A DNA stretch of 64,000 nt. Source: an uncultured Poribacteria bacterium. GTDB taxonomy: Bacteria > Poribacteria > WGA-4E > WGA-3G. Below are positions 60,467 through 64,000 of the stretch, piece after piece. The stretch spans positions 2,329,564 to 2,393,563 of the forward strand of contig OX639973.1 of assembly GCA_951828385.1 (NCBI GenBank). The letters run 5' to 3'. A program made the position numbers and the translations under genes. The notes under the pieces were generated by a model, which worked only from the letters and a program-made list of their open reading frames with translations, made no database searches and was not told where the DNA came from. The stretch's first letter is position 1, and each line of letters begins with the position of its first letter.

Positions 60467-61930
60467 TTGGCAGCAGATATTGGACTTATCGGATTAGCAG
60501 TGATGGGCGAAAACCTCGCACTGAACATGGAAAGCAAAGGCTTTGAAGTAGCGGTTTTTAACCGTACCGTCTCACGGGTAGACGCTTTCATGGAACGTGC
60601 TGCGAAGGGCAAAAATATCACTGGAGCACATTCTATACCAGAATTCATTGCGAAATTAGATACACCTCGCAAAATTATCTTGATGGTGAAAGCAGGGGAA
60701 CCCGTTGATGCGTTTATTGAGTTATTAGTTCCACACCTCTCAAAAGGCGACCTCATTATTGACGGCGGGAACTCTAATTTCAACGACACCGTCCGCAGAC
60801 ACGCGGCGTTAGCCGAACAGGATATTCTGTTTATCGGCACGGGTATCTCCGGCGGTGAAGAAGGCGCGCTCAAAGGACCAGCGATGATGCCGGGAGGTTC
60901 AGCTAAGGCGTACACACTCGTGGAGCCTATCTTTACGAAGATCGCAGCCCAAGTAGACGGCACACCGTGCTGCTCCTACATTGGACCGGACGGTGCCGGA
61001 CATTACGTGAAGATGGTGCATAACGGCATTGAATACGGCGATATGCAGCTGATATGCGAAGCCTATTCGTTAATGAAAAGTGTCTTGGGCATGAACGCTA
61101 ATGAGATGCAAGCAGTCTTCAGCGAATGGAACAGCGGCGAATTGAATTCCTATCTCATCGAAATCACCGCTGACATTTTCACACAGCTCGATAGCAGCGG
61201 CACACCTTTTGTGGATGTTGTGCTGGACCAAGCGGGACAAAAAGGCACCGGTAAATGGACGAGCATCTCGGCACTGGATCTCGGCATCTCCGCACCGACA
61301 ATCGCCGAGGCGGTTTTTGCGCGCTGTATTTCCGCTGTCAAAAGCGAACGGGTCGCAGCAGAACAGGTTATTCAAGGACCCGCAGGAACATTCCAAGGCG
61401 ACCGAGATGAAGCATTAAAAGCGATTCATGACGCACTCTACGCCGCGAAAATTTGTTCTTATGCGCAAGGTTTCGCGCTAATGCGGGAAGCAAGCGAAGA
61501 ATTCGGTTGGAATTTGGACCTCGGCAAGATTAGTCTCGGTTGGCGTGGCGGGTGTATCATCCGCGCAAAATTCCTGCACCGGATCGCTGAAGCGTTTGAG
61601 CGAAATCCTGAACTCCCCAACCTACTCCTCGATTCCTATTTCCGAGGTGTGATTGAAGCGGCACAACCGAACTGGCGAAACGTCATCGGTACAGCCACGC
61701 AACTCGGTGTCCCGATCCCGGCGTTCAGCTCTGCTTTAGCCTATTTCGATAGCTACCGCAGCGGCAGGCTCTCCGCGAATCTCATCCAAGCGATGCGCGA
61801 CTACTTCGGCGCACACACCTATCATAAACTCGATGCAGACGGGAACACGGTTCTCGGAAAAGACGGCGAGCCGACGGTATTCCATACCGAATGGATGCTC
61901 GACGGTCGCCCGGAAGTTATTGTTGAATAG
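60467..61930 (+). CDS. gnd: 6-phosphogluconate dehydrogenase (NADP, decarboxylating)
   Basis: GLAVMGENL, NRT, VKMVHNGIEYGDMQ, QKGTGKWT, RDYFGAHTY; AGGAGG before TTG. Confidence 0.98.
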   Translation: MAADIGLIGLAVMGENLALNMESKGFEVAVFNRTVSRVDAFMERAAKGKNITGAHSIPEFIAKLDTPRKIILMVKAGEPVDAFIELLVPHLSKGDLIIDGGNSNFNDTVRRHAALAEQDILFIGTGISGGEEGALKGPAMMPGGSAKAYTLVEPIFTKIAAQVDGTPCCSYIGPDGAGHYVKMVHNGIEYGDMQLICEAYSLMKSVLGMNANEMQAVFSEWNSGELNSYLIEITADIFTQLDSSGTPFVDVVLDQAGQKGTGKWTSISALDLGISAPTIAEAVFARCISAVKSERVAAEQVIQGPAGTFQGDRDEALKAIHDALYAAKICSYAQGFALMREASEEFGWNLDLGKISLGWRGGCIIRAKFLHRIAEAFERNPELPNLLLDSYFRGVIEAAQPNWRNVIGTATQLGVPIPAFSSALAYFDSYRSGRLSANLIQAMRDYFGAHTYHKLDADGNTVLGKDGEPTVFHTEWMLDGRPEVIVE

Positions 61931-62096
61931 TTGTCAGTTGTTAGTACGGTTTTTCTGCGAAAAACCTTTCAGTTGTCAGTCTGCTTCGCAGTGAGAGTTA
62001 AAGAGGTTTGCTGTTGCTTGAACTCTAACCGCAACTGCCCCAAGATGACTCTTAACTGAAAACTCATAACTGATAATTCTTAATAAAGGAGCGTTT

Positions 62097-62993
62097 ATGG
62101 CATACGGACCACAACAAGCATTATACGATTTTGAACCGCAGCACGAGTTTTTCGTTGGCATCGACTCAGACGGTTGCGTTTTCAATAGCATGGAGGTCAA
62201 ACACAACGACTGCTTCAGTGTGAACCTCGTCAAACATTTTGGATTGGCATCCATCTCACGGCAGGTGCATCAGGCATGGGATTTTGTGAATCTCTACTCA
62301 AAGACCCGTGGCACGAACCGGTTCAAGGCGATCCTATTGGTGTGCGATTTCTTACGCGAGATGTCGCTCGTGCAGAAGATGGGTGTCGCAGTGCCGGAAC
62401 TGCCCTATCTACGCGAATGGTCGGAAACGGAAACGAAACTCGGTAACCCCGCACTCCAAACTGCCATTGACAACGCCACCGGTGAGCGGCTCGATGAACT
62501 GAGCCAAGTCATGGCGTGGAGTCTCGGCGTGAACGAAAGTGTCGCTGAGATTGTCTATAACCTCCCCCCATTTCCCGGCGTGCGTGAAACATTACAACGG
62601 CTGCAAGGTAAAGCGGATGTCATCGTCGTCTCCGCTACGCCGGACGAAGCACTCCAACGCGAATGGGATGAACACGAAATTGACGTTTATGTCGCGCTCA
62701 TTGCCGGACAGGAGATGGGTACGAAAACGGAACATCTCACGATAACGACGAAAGACAGGTATCCCGAAAACCACGTCTTGATGCTCGGCGATTCACCCGG
62801 CGACCTGAAAGCAGCACAAGATGTAGGCGCATTGTTCTTTCCCGTCAACCCGGGTGCCGAGGACGCATCGTGGCAACTCTTCCTTGACGAAGCAATGGGA
62901 AAATTCTTCGATGGTCAATACGCCGGTGCTTATGAGGACGCGTTGATTGACAAATTTCAGGAATTGTTGCCGGAAACCCCACCGTGGCAATGA
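62097..62993 (+). CDS. HAD family hydrolase
   Basis: IDSDGCVF, VVSAT, K, GDSPGD. Confidence 0.88.
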   Translation: MAYGPQQALYDFEPQHEFFVGIDSDGCVFNSMEVKHNDCFSVNLVKHFGLASISRQVHQAWDFVNLYSKTRGTNRFKAILLVCDFLREMSLVQKMGVAVPELPYLREWSETETKLGNPALQTAIDNATGERLDELSQVMAWSLGVNESVAEIVYNLPPFPGVRETLQRLQGKADVIVVSATPDEALQREWDEHEIDVYVALIAGQEMGTKTEHLTITTKDRYPENHVLMLGDSPGDLKAAQDVGALFFPVNPGAEDASWQLFLDEAMGKFFDGQYAGAYEDALIDKFQELLPETPPWQ

Positions 62994-63106
62994 AAATCAA
63001 AGCGGCGGATGGAAGCAGGAGGGAAGTTTGGAAGGAACTGATCGCTCTCTGACCCTTCCATTCTTCCACGCTTCTACTTACCTGTTTACATTACGAAAGG
63101 AAATTT

Positions 63107-64000
63107 ATGAAAATTTTACTTCAAGGACGTGTTGAAGGCGAGTTGTTAGAGAGACTGGAGAGCATTATCGGTGATGAACACACATACGTTGCCCCAGATT
63201 CACGCGAGAAACTTATCGAGGAAGGCAAAGATGCCGATATCTTCTACGGATATTGCAGTGAGGACCTTTTCCCGCACTTTCCGAATATCAAATGGATTCA
63301 ATCCTCCAGTGCAGGCATGGACCGGCACATGTATCCGGCACTCCGTGAGAGCGATGTTCTTCTGACAAACGCTGCAGGCTTGTACGCCAAGCACGTCGCC
63401 GACCAAGCCTTCGCGCTTCTGCTCGGCTTGGCGCGCGGTATCCACGAATCCGTTCGGAATCAGGACAAGCACCAATGGGGTGGCAGCCGTAGCATGCCAA
63501 TGATAGAGATCGACGGGTTCAAGATCGGCATCGTCGGCATGGGCGGCATCGGAATGGAGATGGCGAAACGCGCAAAAGGTTTTGATATGTACGTCATGGC
63601 TGCCGATGCCTACCGTACCGATAAACCCGATAACGTCGATGAACTGATGCCGATGGATCAGTTATCAAATATGATGAGTCAAGTGGATGTCGTGATGATT
63701 GCGTGTCCGTTGACTGAAGAGACACGCGGTCTTATCAATAAAGACAACCTTTCCGTGATGCAACCGACAGCGTTCTTTATCAACGTCGCCCGCGGTCCGA
63801 TTGTCAACGAGCCGGACCTAATTGAGATTCTGCGTGCTGATACAATCGCGGCGGCTGGCTTGGACGTCACGGAGGTCGAGCCGCTCCAAGAAGACAGCCC
63901 GTTGTGGGATTTTCACAATGTTATCATATCGCCACATTCTGCGGGCGGTTCACAGCACCGCATGCGCCGTATCACCTCATTTTTCTTGGATAACTTAGAA
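63107..64000 (+). CDS. D-2-hydroxyacid dehydrogenase family protein (runs off window edge)
   Basis: Not in ORF track. AAAGGA before ATG 63107; GIVGMGGIG, CPLTEETRGLI, INVARG, GLDVTEVEPL, SPHSAG. Confidence 0.92.
   Translation, partial: MKILLQGRVEGELLERLESIIGDEHTYVAPDSREKLIEEGKDADIFYGYCSEDLFPHFPNIKWIQSSSAGMDRHMYPALRESDVLLTNAAGLYAKHVADQAFALLLGLARGIHESVRNQDKHQWGGSRSMPMIEIDGFKIGIVGMGGIGMEMAKRAKGFDMYVMAADAYRTDKPDNVDELMPMDQLSNMMSQVDVVMIACPLTEETRGLINKDNLSVMQPTAFFINVARGPIVNEPDLIEILRADTIAAAGLDVTEVEPLQEDSPLWDFHNVIISPHSAGGSQHRMRRITSFFLDNLE

Noticed and set aside
1-64000. tRNA, rRNA or prophage genes
   Set aside because: None recognised by eye; a covariance-model scan would be needed to exclude small RNAs.

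Overview
Bacterial chromosomal window. Lineage is most likely Candidatus Poribacteria or a relative (inference from C-terminal 'KLATTWGxIK' and 'ETALLxNYPNPFNPETWIPYQLA' tails, LRR/WD40 expansions and an archaeal-type phosphopantothenate synthetase). Housekeeping blocks: arc-dop-pup-like proteasome operon (runs off the left edge), lolA-pgsA-thpR-recA, metH, a heterodimeric ABC exporter, gnd-HAD-2-hydroxyacid dehydrogenase. Accessory DNA lies between them: one IS5 element, two TnpA-less TnpB elements whose exact ends and TAMs can be read from restored empty sites, TA-like genes, an Rpn gene with an early stop, a vWA-PP2C-kinase (TerY-P-like) triad with an N-terminal nuclease-fold fusion, an MTase-HNH fusion and two type II R-M pairs. 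Two patterns stand out. (i) An integrase-free cassette array downstream of a VOC gene, where self-contained promoter-gene units are separated by in-frame allelic copies of the anchor gene's 3' end. (ii) A nested repeat hierarchy in which 15-50 bp micro-modules sit inside REP hairpins, MITEs, TnpB ends and possibly a coding sequence. All product calls come from motif recognition, not database searches.
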